Shown: positions 26,986 to 57,212 of the stretch, piece by piece | Layout of the letters: every line of letters starts with the position of its first letter | Numbering within the stretch: position 1 is the first letter of the stretch | Notes under the pieces: model-generated | What the model saw: the letters and a program-made list of their open reading frames with translations, nothing else | What the model was told of the DNA's origin: nothing | The model's database searches: none | Program-made: the position numbers and the translations under genes | Source of the DNA: Eledone cirrhosa | Lineage: Eukaryota | Length of the DNA stretch: 64,000 nucleotides | Assembly (NCBI GenBank): GCA_964016885.1 | Contig: OZ024747.1 | Location: 24,924,001-24,988,000, forward strand | Direction of reading: 5' to 3'

Positions 26986-27251
26986 TGTCAGGGCGATAAT
27001 GCAAGGTTACGTACGACAGCATAATTATATATCCATCTTAACATTAAAAAAACCCAGCCTAGTGTTGTAACACACTGGCATATCAGATGATGTCCTGTCG
27101 TCTGCGTAGAAACTTTCACCATTTAATTAGGGCCTGCCACATTTGTTTTAATAATTTTTATCTATCTCATCAAAGTTTAATACTTCTTTATTTCAATTAA
27201 ACTTTCTCGCTCATTTTTATCGTTATTTGTCCATTTGGTTTGCTGATTATG

Positions 27252-27453
27252 TACGAGGGTCAGCTGAAAAGTCCATATGCTGACCAAGATGCTCTCATGG
27301 AATGACCAAATGAGGGCTATTTTTCAACATAGCCCCTGGAAAGAAACAATGCAGTTACTAATAAAAAGAGTTGAAATTAATGCATGCAAGATTTCACAGC
27401 TTTAGCATCACTCCTTTATAGTCAGCCGATGAACTTTTCAGCTCACCCTTCTA
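27252..27453. mobile_element. Mariner-type MITE (about 200 bp)
   Basis: TACGAGGGTCAGCTGAAAAGTCCAT ... ATGAACTTTTCAGCTCACCCTTCTA imperfect TIRs bounded by TA. Confidence 0.8.
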
Positions 27454-27789
27454 TGTTGATATATATTATAAATTCAAAAGGGGGTAGTGTGTGTGTGTGT
27501 GTGTGTGTGTGTGCATACACGCACACATATACAGTAATATGTGCATATAGATTCAGAAATCTAACGCTCATGCAACGGATGCTGAGGTACCTGTGACATT
27601 ATCATAGCGAGACAAAATGTATGTTTATTACACATAAGCATTGTATATGGGTCCACGTTAGCCGCAGTTCAGAACCGTATATTATCATTTAAATTTATAA
27701 CATGTAACACTGTATACTACTCTCTCTCTCTCTCCCTGTGTTAAATAAATCGGTTGTGTGTATATCAGCAAATGCCAACTATATTACTA

Positions 27790-27883
27790 GAGTTCTCGAT
27801 ACTTGGGGTAGTAGAGTGGGTAATATAGAGTTCGGATCTAGCTGTTGAAACGGCCGGAGCTCAGCCGTCGGTGTCCTGAATTT

Positions 27884-27885
<2 letters not shown>
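27790..27885. mobile_element. Short pseudo-LTR remnant related to the PLE at 56.6-60.7 kb
   Basis: ATACTTGGGGTAGTAGAGTGGGT matches 56639-56661; GAAACGGCCGGAGCTCAGCCGTCGG matches 56999-57023; abuts (TA)n. Confidence 0.75.
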
Positions 27886-27933
<48 letters not shown>

Positions 27934-28319
27934 GTGTGTGTATACGCATATATATAAACACATGTATTTACTCTTAACAGTATATATAAAATGTCCTGAC
28001 TCCCTCCATTGATTGAAAATCTGTCCACTAACAGAGAGAGAGGCGGATATAATTATCGAAAATGTCATTATTATATTTTTAATGAAATATACTACTTTTG
28101 ATTCTCAAATAATTTTGTTAATAAAGAATATGAAGGAATTTAATAATCAAATGAACTTTCTCATTAAACCTGTATCTTAGAACATGACTTAAACTTTTTT
28201 ACATAAATATATGCACGAATCTGCATTGCCCAGGGGTGGCTGATGAAGTAAGATGTTTTTTTTTCCATTCGTTCCACATATTTCTTCCATCTCTCTCTCT
28301 CTCTCTCTCCACATATATT

Positions 28320-28560
28320 ATGGTGGTGCGTGGCTTAGTGTTTAAGGTGTTTATTGTATACTTGAACAAGAGTATTTCACTTTGCTCTAACCCACTCGGC
28401 TGGCCAAAATGAGTGGTATCCGTCATTCAAAGACCAGCTTTGTCAGATACTGTATCACGCTAAATCTCTAGGAACTAAGCCAAGGGTGCATGTGTATGTG
28501 GAATGCTCAGCCACTTGCTACGAACAGCCTGTTTCGTTGTTCGAATAGCTGGAACAGTTA
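28320..28560 (+). mobile_element. Degenerate SINE of a further family
   Basis: tRNA-like head TGGCTTAGTGTTTAAGG and CTTGAACAAG...GGCCAAAATGAGT body; family not identified. Confidence 0.45.
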
Positions 28561-28569
28561 AGAATGAAG

Positions 28570-28712
28570 ATAATTGTTTCTACTATTGGCACAAGGCCAG
28601 CAATAACCCAGTACATTACTGGTACTTTATTTTATCGACCCCGTAAGGATGAAAGGCAAAATTAACCTCGGCGGGATTTGAACTCAGATCATAAAGGGAC
28701 GTAACTATGCTG
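28570..28712 (-). mobile_element. Nin/Deu-like SINE
   Basis: Reverse complement of 1975-2120. Confidence 0.88.
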
Positions 28713-28816
28713 GAAAAGATAATGATAATGAAGTTGACAGTAACGAAATTGAAACTGATGATGACGAATTTGAGGGAGAAGCTCTGTATATATGCATACA
28801 TGTAGGCACGCGCACA

Positions 28817-29103
28817 CATATGTATGTGTGTCTATATGTATATATTTATGAATGCATATGTATGTGTGTCTATATGTATATATTTATGAATGCATATGTA
28901 TGTGTGTCTATATGTATATATTTATGAATGCATATGTATGTGTGTCTATATGTATATATTTATGAATGCATATGTATGTGTGTCTATATGTATATATTTA
29001 TGAATGCATATGTATGTGTGTCTATATGTATATATTTATGAATGCATATGTATGTGTGTCTATATGTATATATTTATGAATGCATATGTATGTGTGTCTA
29101 TAT
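28817..29103. repeat. Perfect 38-bp tandem repeat, about 7.5 copies
   Basis: Unit CATATGTATGTGTGTCTATATGTATATATTTATGAATG. Confidence 0.92.
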
Positions 29104-29137
29104 AATAATAATTATTATTAAAGCTAAATATTGAGTC

Positions 29138-29184
29138 TTGTTACTCTGCAAGTCTTGCCTGCTTCTCGCAGGGTCATCAGACAA
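29138..29184 (-). ncRNA. Decayed hammerhead ribozyme
   Basis: Minus strand TTGT-CTGATGA-cCCTGC gagaa GCAGGc-AAG-ACT tgcag AGT-A-ACAA: three stems pair but GAA is replaced by AAG. Confidence 0.5.
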
Positions 29185-29257
29185 AAACAAGGCTCTTGTA
29201 TTTTTAAACTCTACTCCGGTATTGAGTACTCTTTTCTCGGCCATCAGCTACATACGG

Positions 29258-29289
<32 letters not shown>

Positions 29290-30110
29290 CCGTAATAGCA
29301 AATTATGAATTTTTAATACGTCCAGCTGTAAGCAATGGTAGAATAATTGTTACCAAGTCAGACCACCTTTTTACTACAACAATTCTTCCTTCTCTCATTT
29401 TATACTTCTCTTTCATTCCCTTTTCTTTTCAATGCCATACACATATACACATGTATGTGTGTGTGTGTATATATATATGTGTACGCATGTGCGAGTGTAT
29501 ATATATATATATATATGAATGTATATATATATATATAATTGTTCTGCATCCCCTTGCATTGAACCACAAAGTTACTAAGACAAAACCTATATATTTGCTA
29601 GCATAGGTATGCATCTGTATATATATGTTGGTAGATATACTAATTCTTTATATATATATATATGCCCACATATATATATATATATATATATGTGTGTATG
29701 CCCACATATATATATATACATATATGCACGCCCACATATATATATATATATATATACATATATGCACACACATATATATATGTATGCCCACACATATATA
29801 TGTGTATGCCCACACATATATATATATATGCACACACATATATATACGCATACACACACACACACACATACGTAAACATATTTTTTCTCTATCTCCCTCC
29901 CTCGTGTTTTGTTTACCCTCTCACCCTCTCATTATATATCCTTATCTAGCTCTCTTCCAAGCTCTTCATATTATCATATCTATCTATCTCACTTCTGCCT
30001 TACCTCTTCTTTTACATCACACCCTCAATCTCTTTCACTCTATTACTCTTCTCTATCTTTCACTCACTCTCTGTTTCTACATATCTCTTTCTATTTCTGC
30101 CCATTTCCTT

Positions 30111-30144
<34 letters not shown>

Positions 30145-30671
30145 GTATCGTTCTTCCTACTTACCCTATACCCCCTGCTAATCTTGTCCTTGCCCCCCCC
30201 CCCCCTTCCCTCCAATTGCCACAAGTTGTTATAGCTGATGTCTGCCAGAGAAGATACAAGCCACCACAATCGCTGTCACTATAGTCTCTCCTCACTGCTA
30301 TATATTATTATTATTATGTTATTATATATCCATGTAGCGGCGAGCACTTGACAACACACGTCCAGCCAGCCTCTTCACAACATATGGTACAGTAACACTA
30401 CATATCTTAATTTATACATCGATTGTTATCCATTCCATGTATTTTTGTAACCGGATATATATATATATATATATATATCCATGTAACTCATTGTATAACA
30501 CGTGTTATTATATACTTTGATACATACATACATACATACATATATGGTGTGTAGAATAGGTACATCTATCAAGGAGCAAGTAAACGGATTGGCATCAGGA
30601 AGGGCATCCGACTGTAAAACCTTGTTATCAACCATCCTATGCCAGCATGGAAAAATGGACGTAAAAAGATG

Positions 30672-30724
<53 letters not shown>

Positions 30725-30763
30725 GAGTTAATATATATATATATGAGAGAGAGATGGATAGAC

Positions 30764-30801
<38 letters not shown>

Positions 30802-31374
30802 ACACCCACACCCACACACACACACACCCACCCACCCACACACACCCACACACACACACACCCACACACCCAGATTTTCCACAATACATATATTTACATA
30901 TATTATGTTGATATGTGCACACACACACACACACACACATCTCTATTTCTATTATAGCTTTCCTACTGTGACATGTTGACGGCGTAAGTTTTACTAATTC
31001 GGCGGACCGGTTTCGTTTTCTCCCCTCCCCTTCCTGTATTCGTTTCATGTTAGTCATGTTAATAATATAACTTGAGAGTTGCATGAATGTCACATAATCA
31101 CACACCCCGCCTCCTGTGTTTCACTCGCGACATGACTCTATTACGATGATAATTGTACTGGATTATATAATGTGTCCGTCTGTCACACGAATACGACACT
31201 CTCGCGAATACGTGCTACAAATTATTTATTCGTTCAATAAAGAGGAATATCACTGTAAAGGTGGCAGTAGATATTCTAAAATGTGCTTTCTGTCAGTGAT
31301 ATTCTCACTCTCTCTCTCTTTTTCTCTCCCAGCCTCTAGATCTGTGTATCTGTGTACGCGCCTGCTTGTGTGTA

Positions 31375-32538
<1,164 letters not shown>

Positions 32539-33137
32539 TGGTGGCTGCCAACTCGTTTTCGAGTACGGCCACTACTTTATATCCATGTAGGAGAACCCCT
32601 ACCGATGCGCTGAACGTGTGTGACTTTTTAGTCCAGCCAGCGACTTGAAAACTCTGGTACAAACGCTACACTTGTGACAATTATTGACACATAGTGCTGG
32701 GCCCTTGGTACCATGTGACGACAAGTGCAGAGAGATCTCCAGATATAAAGCAATGCCTGTGCCGTGAAGCTTTTATAGTGAGCAAAGGCACTGCACAAAG
32801 CCAGTCCCACTCTCTTAACCAAGATGATATTTACCAAAAAGAAGAACAAGTCAACATCATTGGATACCATCAGAGTTGCAGGTGTTATATCAGAGTTTTC
32901 CTTCTCCTAGAATTCTGCCTTGACAAAGGCTAAGGGGTCATCTCTCCCGGTGATTTTGGATGGCCATTGACTCTTAAGAGCTCCTTTGACAGGTTTTGTT
33001 TTTAGTCCTGCAGGATGTCCAAAGTCACCCTCCTCACCAAGAAACCTTGGTGGGGTTGCCAGTTTAGTCGCCAACGACCCGACCATGAGGCAGGTTGTAC
33101 TGGGATACATGTTACCAGTAGCACCAACTGGTGACCT
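32539..33137. mobile_element. Unclassified GC-richer insert bounded by TA-rich sequence; possibly a retroelement UTR
   Basis: Sharp composition change at both ends, several hairpins, no recognisable ORF. Confidence 0.4.
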
Positions 33138-33241
33138 ATATGCATATATATAATGGAAAAATTTGAACAGGAACAAAACAGAGAGGCAGTACAACGAATG
33201 TTTATTAATTTCATGCTCTGGAGAGTGGGGTGGTGGTGGGG

Positions 33242-33276
33242 AACGACGTTTCGGGCATAAGCCTTTCCTCAGGTGA
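33242..33276 (-). ncRNA. Minimal hammerhead motif of PLE type
   Basis: Minus strand AC-CTGAGGA-aaGGC ttat GCCc-GAA-ACGT-C-GT; loopless ACGT stem III and weak stem I. Confidence 0.6.
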
Positions 33277-33371
33277 GAAGTGTGTGGGAACAGAGTTCAA
33301 AGGGTGTGTAGGGGAGTGGTGGAGAGACATATAGCGAAAGGAAACGGTGCGAATGAAATTAAAAATAAAAA

Positions 33372-37100
<3,729 letters not shown>

Positions 37101-37300
37101 NNNNNNNNNNNNNNNNNNNNNNNNNNNNNNNNNNNNNNNNNNNNNNNNNNNNNNNNNNNNNNNNNNNNNNNNNNNNNNNNNNNNNNNNNNNNNNNNNNNN
37201 NNNNNNNNNNNNNNNNNNNNNNNNNNNNNNNNNNNNNNNNNNNNNNNNNNNNNNNNNNNNNNNNNNNNNNNNNNNNNNNNNNNNNNNNNNNNNNNNNNNN
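37101..37300. other. Assembly gap (200 N)
   Basis: N run. Confidence 1.
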
Positions 37301-37965
37301 CGCCGCCTTGTTTTCTTTCCTACAAACTAGAACTTTGGTCTTAGCCAGGTTAATTTTAAGTCCTTTTGACTCTAGGCCGTGCTTCCATGTTTGGAATTTC
37401 TTCTCTAGCTCGGCCATTGATTCCGCTATGAGTGTCAGGTCGTCTGCGTATAGGAGTTCCCATGGGCAGCCTGTCTTGAACTCCTCTGTTATAGCCTGAA
37501 GGGCAATAATAAATAGTAGGGGGCTGAGAACAGAGCCCTGATGGACGCCAACTTTTACGCTAAACTCTTCACTATATTCGTTGTTAATTCTAACCTTGCT
37601 GACTGTTTCTTTATACATGGCTTGTATAGCCCTCACAAGCCATTCGTCAACGCCTAGTTTTCTAAGAGCCCACCAGATAATGGAGCGGGGGACTCTGTCG
37701 AAGGCTTTCTCCAAGTCGACAAAAGCTAAGTAGAGGGGTTTACCTTTAGCTAGGTACTTCTCCTGTAGTTGTCGTACTATGAAAAGAGCGTCTGTGGTAC
37801 TTTTGCCTGACACAAACCCGAACTGCATTTCATCTAGGTCAATTCTCTCTCTGATTAGTTGCGCTATTACTTTTTCTGTGACCTTCATGACCTGGTCGAT
37901 TAATTTAATGCCTCTATAGTTACTCCTATCTAGGGCGTCTCCTTTACCCTTATAACAGTTAACGA
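37301..37965 (-). mobile_element. 5'-truncated RTE LINE, open RT core
   Basis: Open frame with YRGIKL, QFGF, AFVDLEKAFDRV, GVHQGSVLSPLLF, LLYADD; starts at a (TA)n junction and runs into the gap. Confidence 0.95.
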
Positions 37966-47084
<9,119 letters not shown>

Positions 47085-47187
47085 TATTGAAATTTCCGTT
47101 GGAAACAGAAAAGGTCATAGAAGTGAAGAGTGCTCTATGTAAGTATCAGAGCAAAATTTAATGTATAAAAATCAATACAATATAATT

Positions 47188-47259
47188 ACCTCATTACCAG
47201 AGGTTTCCCGAATGAGGCGAATACGAAAGAAACGTCTTCATTCGTTCGTCAGACGAGGC
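47188..47259 (-). ncRNA. Type I hammerhead ribozyme, 7-bp stem I and long stem II
   Basis: Minus strand GCCTCGT-CTGACGA-aCGAATGA...TCATTCGg-GAA-ACC tct GGT-A-ATGAGGT; GUA site; 10.1/11.1 is an A/G mismatch. Confidence 0.78.
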
Positions 47260-47816
47260 AATATAAAACATGGGTAAATACTTAGAAAAACTCATCAAGA
47301 AAATCAAAAAAAGATATAGACAAATGAATTAGAAATTGAAATATATAAAAATCTATCAAGAAATATAGTTAGGTGTGTGTATATGTATGTATATACGCTC
47401 ACAGATGTGCATATATGTGTATGCACATATGTATACGTATAGTGAAAAAGTGTGTGTAAATCTAAAATTTAGGGCAAATGTATCTGTATATCTGTAATCT
47501 ACAGACAGAACAGTTACATCATAAGTATATGAATATGAAGGCGCGCGCATAAACACACCTACACACACGTACACTTAGATGCGGAAGTAAAAGAAGTAAG
47601 GGAGTGTAATAATTAAAGGAAAGTATCAATCTCGATATATTTATAAAAATGTAACAATAAATTAGAAAGAAAAAATTTTAGAGAGGAAAAAATTAAAGAA
47701 AAGAAGACAAAAAAAGGGTACATACATACACAGACACGCATGTCTCACAAAAGAAACGCAAAAATATACATGCTTATATACACACGCACACTTACACATC
47801 CATACGTTCGATACGT

Positions 47817-47854
<38 letters not shown>

Positions 47855-48029
47855 TTACACTCACGCATATTGACCTGTTTGCATGCACACGCATAAAAAT
47901 GAGTAAGTAAAAAAAGGGGAGGGGGAAGAAAAAAGGAACAAAACATAAAACCGAGATGTCAAGTACACGGATATAAAGACACATACACATAATATATACA
48001 TACACACACACACATACATATATACATAC

Positions 48030-48095
<66 letters not shown>

Positions 48096-48297
48096 GCACG
48101 CGCGCGCACATACGTAGTCACTCATGTACATATATAAAAGTATACACACATTAAGGCGTTCAGCCATATTGATACAGGGTGTAAAAAACTTGTGGATAAG
48201 TAAGTACAAATATAAAATTGTAAGATTGGCTGCGCAAAAATAAAAAATAAAAATAAAAATAAAAATAAAAATGATATTTCTACTTTCAAATCTTCTA

Positions 48298-48388
48298 ATA
48301 ATTGTTTCTACTTTAGGCACAAGGCCAGCAATTACCCAGTGCATTACTGGTACTTTATTTTATCGACCCCGTAAGGATGAAAGGCAAA
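48298..48388 (-). mobile_element. Partial Nin/Deu-like SINE with target-site duplication
   Basis: AAATCTTCTAATAAT occurs on both sides (about 48288-48302 and 48386-48400). Confidence 0.85.
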
Positions 48389-48409
48389 TCTTCTAATAAT
48401 GACAGTATA

Positions 48410-48805
48410 ATATATAGCTCAATGTAATTAAACAGAGCCGAAGAATTATAAAAAAATAAACCAAAGAAGCCTTCAATACATCAAAAGTCTTTATTAGCCA
48501 ACAATGTTTCGTCCTATTAAGGACTCATCAGGGCAAGTAAAACTACAAGAAGCACTATAGTGTGGGGGAAGAGAAGGTGGTTAGCTAGAAAGCGATGTTA
48601 TAGTTACGGGTTCGAATGTTAAGTTATTTTATAGTGAGAGAATTTAGCTTTTAGTTTGTGGTTGCAGTATAATGATCGTTCAATTCTATCGTTAAGTAGT
48701 TTGTTTTTGGATTTTAATATGTAAAAGAGTTCAAGGTTACATAACCTGCAGTACTTCAATCCACTCCGATATGCACTTGCGCCACCTTCTCTTCCCCCAC
48801 ACTAC
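48410..48805 (-). mobile_element. 5'-truncated PLE remnant (GIY-YIG C-terminus, hammerhead, inversion junction)
   Basis: 48780-48640 translates ASAYRSGLKYCRLCNLELFYILKSKNKLLNDRIERSLYCNHKLKAK, aligning with ANSYTGGRRPCNLCSEE...LLNKKDELVTACKH of the large PLE; 48782-48804 is an inverted copy of 48558-48580. Confidence 0.82.
48497..48534 (-). ncRNA. Canonical minimal hammerhead ribozyme of a PLE remnant
   Basis: Minus strand GCC-CTGATGA-GTCCT taat AGGAC-GAA-AC att GT-T-GGC, followed by AATAAA. Confidence 0.85.
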
Positions 48806-49146
48806 AAGACAATACACAGCTTATCACTATAAATGGTAACTCAGTGCAATTCGTAGATTACTACTACAAACCGAAAGTTCACTCACCACATAAACTTCGT
48901 CTGTCCCCTATCTACCTCTCTCTCTATATCCATTACACTCTCTCTCTCTCGCCTTTGGCCTACCTCCCTCTCCACATCTATGAACCTGCCCTCTGGGGCA
49001 ATAAATAATTCTGACCTTAACTATCAACGCATCTCTCCAAAAGTAACCAGTATAACATTTTGATTAAGATATCTACAAACCACTCTCTCCTACTTCTCCA
49101 ACCCCTGCATATCTTTCTCTCTCTCCCCTACTTTTCTCTCTTCCTT

Positions 49147-52660
<3,514 letters not shown>

Positions 52661-52823
52661 AATATATAAGTAAGATGTATGGTAGGTCGTATGTGAATCG
52701 CGATGATCACGTCTGACCTACCAAATATGTGACGGTAGCTAGTTAAGCTCTATGCGTATACGCAGAGCAGAAATATTAGTGAAAAAGAACAAAGGAACTA
52801 TTATGACATTATAACAAGTTTAT

Positions 52824-52870
52824 TGCCGACAGCCGTTTCGTCCGACCCCATGGTGGGACTTTTCAAGGCA
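52824..52870 (-). ncRNA. Minimal hammerhead, U3-A8 core variant
   Basis: Minus strand TGCC-TTGAAAA-GTCC...GGAC-GAA-AC ggct GT-C-GGCA ATAAA. Confidence 0.8.
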
Positions 52871-53797
52871 TATAACATGTGATTTTAAGATCATTATTTA
52901 CATCAACGTATCACTCAAGGCTAGCAGTTTGAAATTGTGGTATACATCAGCAGCTCCGCTTGTATAGTTGGGGTCTATATTCTAAGGGGGCTCTTTTATA
53001 TTAGTTGTCGGGGTCAGGGATTGAAGGTTAAAAATTAGATAATATATAATTTACGCATTAACAGTAAACTAAAAGACTTGGGATCCCGTAGAAGCACCTT
53101 AAAAAATCCCTCAATAAGTGCATAAAGCTTACAGGCTCCAATAAACCTAATAAACTAGAAGAAATTAAGAGGCTAATAAAATAAAAAATAAAAATATAAA
53201 GTTTCCTATGAAATTCCTTCGAGAGGAAAAAAATTTTTTCCGAAAGAAAAAAACTTTCTTTCCCCGAGATCACGTTTACAAATTTCAGAAAACTTACGAA
53301 GTTTTGATATTCCCTACTAAGTTAAAAGAAACTAATCAATTAAAGGTTAATTCAAAGAGCCTTCTATAATTCTCTCAGAAAATGCCCCTTTAATATTTTT
53401 AATAGGAACTTCCTCCGAGAGACCCTTCGAAGAATTAAAATTTTAGAGAGCCTTAAAGGATATATATATAAAAACGAATTGAGGAAAATTATACATTAAA
53501 AGTTAAAAATTACGGTATTTGGGATATCCGAGGAATTTTCAAAGGGCTGCTTCAACAGATACAACTTAGGCATAATAGATACAATAATTTAAGTAATTTA
53601 AGTAATTTAATTAGGGAGCAATTCAAAGAGTTTATCAAGTTGGGCAAGATTAAAGAAAGTGGTAAATAAGAAAATGCATAAGCAAAAAGACAATAATTAT
53701 AAAATGTATTTTTAAGAAGGTATAAGGTAGCTTCAGTAATCTAACAATGTATTATCACAAAAAATTATTATAAAATTATTGATACAGGATTAACAAA

Positions 53798-54035
53798 GAC
53801 ATAATAATATATTCCTGCCTAATTAACAAGTAATCAAACCACTATTAACAGTCAGGCAAAATTAGCTCAGGGATATCCCGCGCTCGGATACTTTACACAC
53901 ATACAGCAACACATAGGATTAGCACAGACATAATGATATATTCCTGCCTAATTAACAAACAATCGATTAACAATTGATGGTTAAGAAAATGTACTCAGAG
54001 ATATCCCGCGCACGGATATTTACATACATACAACA
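53798..54035. repeat. About 128-bp diverged tandem duplication inside family B
   Basis: GACATAAT.ATATATTCCTGCCTAATTAACAA and CTCAG.GATATCCCGCGC.CGGATA each occur twice. Confidence 0.85.
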
Positions 54036-54451
54036 GGATGAACAGTACTGGTGACCGTGTGGGCGCGATATCCATTATGCGTATGTAGTCATCTGCATAG
54101 CTCCAGGCACAGCTGGTCTTGTTTAAAAGTTCATAGTTCACGGATCAACTGGGATTCAGTATCAGCTGCGTGGACTCTCTGGGAGATGTACCTGTGGATC
54201 TAATAGCTAGTGGTTGCTGGGTGTGATCCGTTCGGTCTTTTAGTTTCAGGGGTTGCACGCTTTCGCGATAGACCAGCCTGCCGGTTCTAAGTCCAAGGTC
54301 TCGCTACATAGGATGTATTGGTCTACATGCTATATTGGTAAAAAAAATCAGTGTGGATTTGACTGGGGTGGTATATTACGAACTCCAAGCTCACACGCGA
54401 CTGGTCAAAAGCGACGGGCTGTCCCCTCTTTGTTTGCTGTATGGGTCGGTT

Positions 54452-56584
<2,133 letters not shown>

Positions 56585-56585
<1 letters not shown>

Positions 56586-56778
56586 ACGAAGGAAATGTGG
56601 TAAGGAACCAAGTGGACCATAACGCACCAAAGTACTCAATACTTAGGGTAGTAGAGTGGGTCATAGGAACAAGTAAGACCCCGACGGCTGAGCTCAAGCC
56701 GTTTTGACGGTTAATTCTGGACTGAATAAAAATTTATTCTGGTATTTAAATAGGCGAGCTTGTCAAGGGGCAATTCCA
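56585..56778 (-). repeat. Inverted pseudo-LTR segment with a G12A-mutated hammerhead
   Basis: Reverse complement of 56931-57121; reads GTC-AAAAC instead of GTC-GAAAC. Confidence 0.9.
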
Positions 56779-56933
56779 GCTGTAGCCGGCACTACCAACG
56801 CTTGAATGGGTCTACTCCACCCCCTCTCCTTTTTTCTCCTACCGGCAGGTTTATCTACCCCTTCCCCCACCATTTTGCCATCACAGATTTACTACTAACT
56901 TGTGATGTGACCAATCCTGGTGTTTATCCCTTG

Positions 56934-57025
56934 CCCCTTGACAAGCTCGGCTATTTAAATACCAGAATAAATTTTTATTCAGTCCAGAATTAGCCGTCGA
57001 AACGGCTTGAGCTCAGCCGTCGGGG
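56934..57025 (+). ncRNA. Hammerhead, U3-A8 variant with extended stem II (5' pseudo-LTR)
   Basis: CCCC-TTGACAA-GctCGGCTA...TAGCCGtC-GAA-ACGGC ttgagctca GCCGT-C-GGGG. Confidence 0.78.
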
Positions 57026-57212
57026 GTCTTACTTGTTCCTATGACCCACTCTACTACCCTAAGTATTGAGTACTTTGGTGCGTTATGGTCCACTTGGTTC
57101 CTTACCACATTTCCTTCGTTATCTAGCTCCTATCCCCGTAGTAGAGCACTTTCCGACCTTACCACGCCGTATCCAGACTTTTCCGCTGCGCTCAATTTCT
57201 TTCACCCGCACC

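Larger units (their letters stand above)
52670..54451 (-). mobile_element. Family-B element: largely non-coding, hammerhead-bearing, probably PLE-derived
   Basis: Homologous to 60703-61875 and to 61889-62842 (inverted); bounded by (TA)n; hammerhead plus AATAAA near its minus-strand 3' end. Confidence 0.7.

Noticed and set aside
26728-27070. Gly-rich ORF
   Set aside because: (GGT)n-derived tract.
27083-27116. CAGATGA...GAAAC
   Set aside because: U4 is altered and there are no convincing stems II or III.
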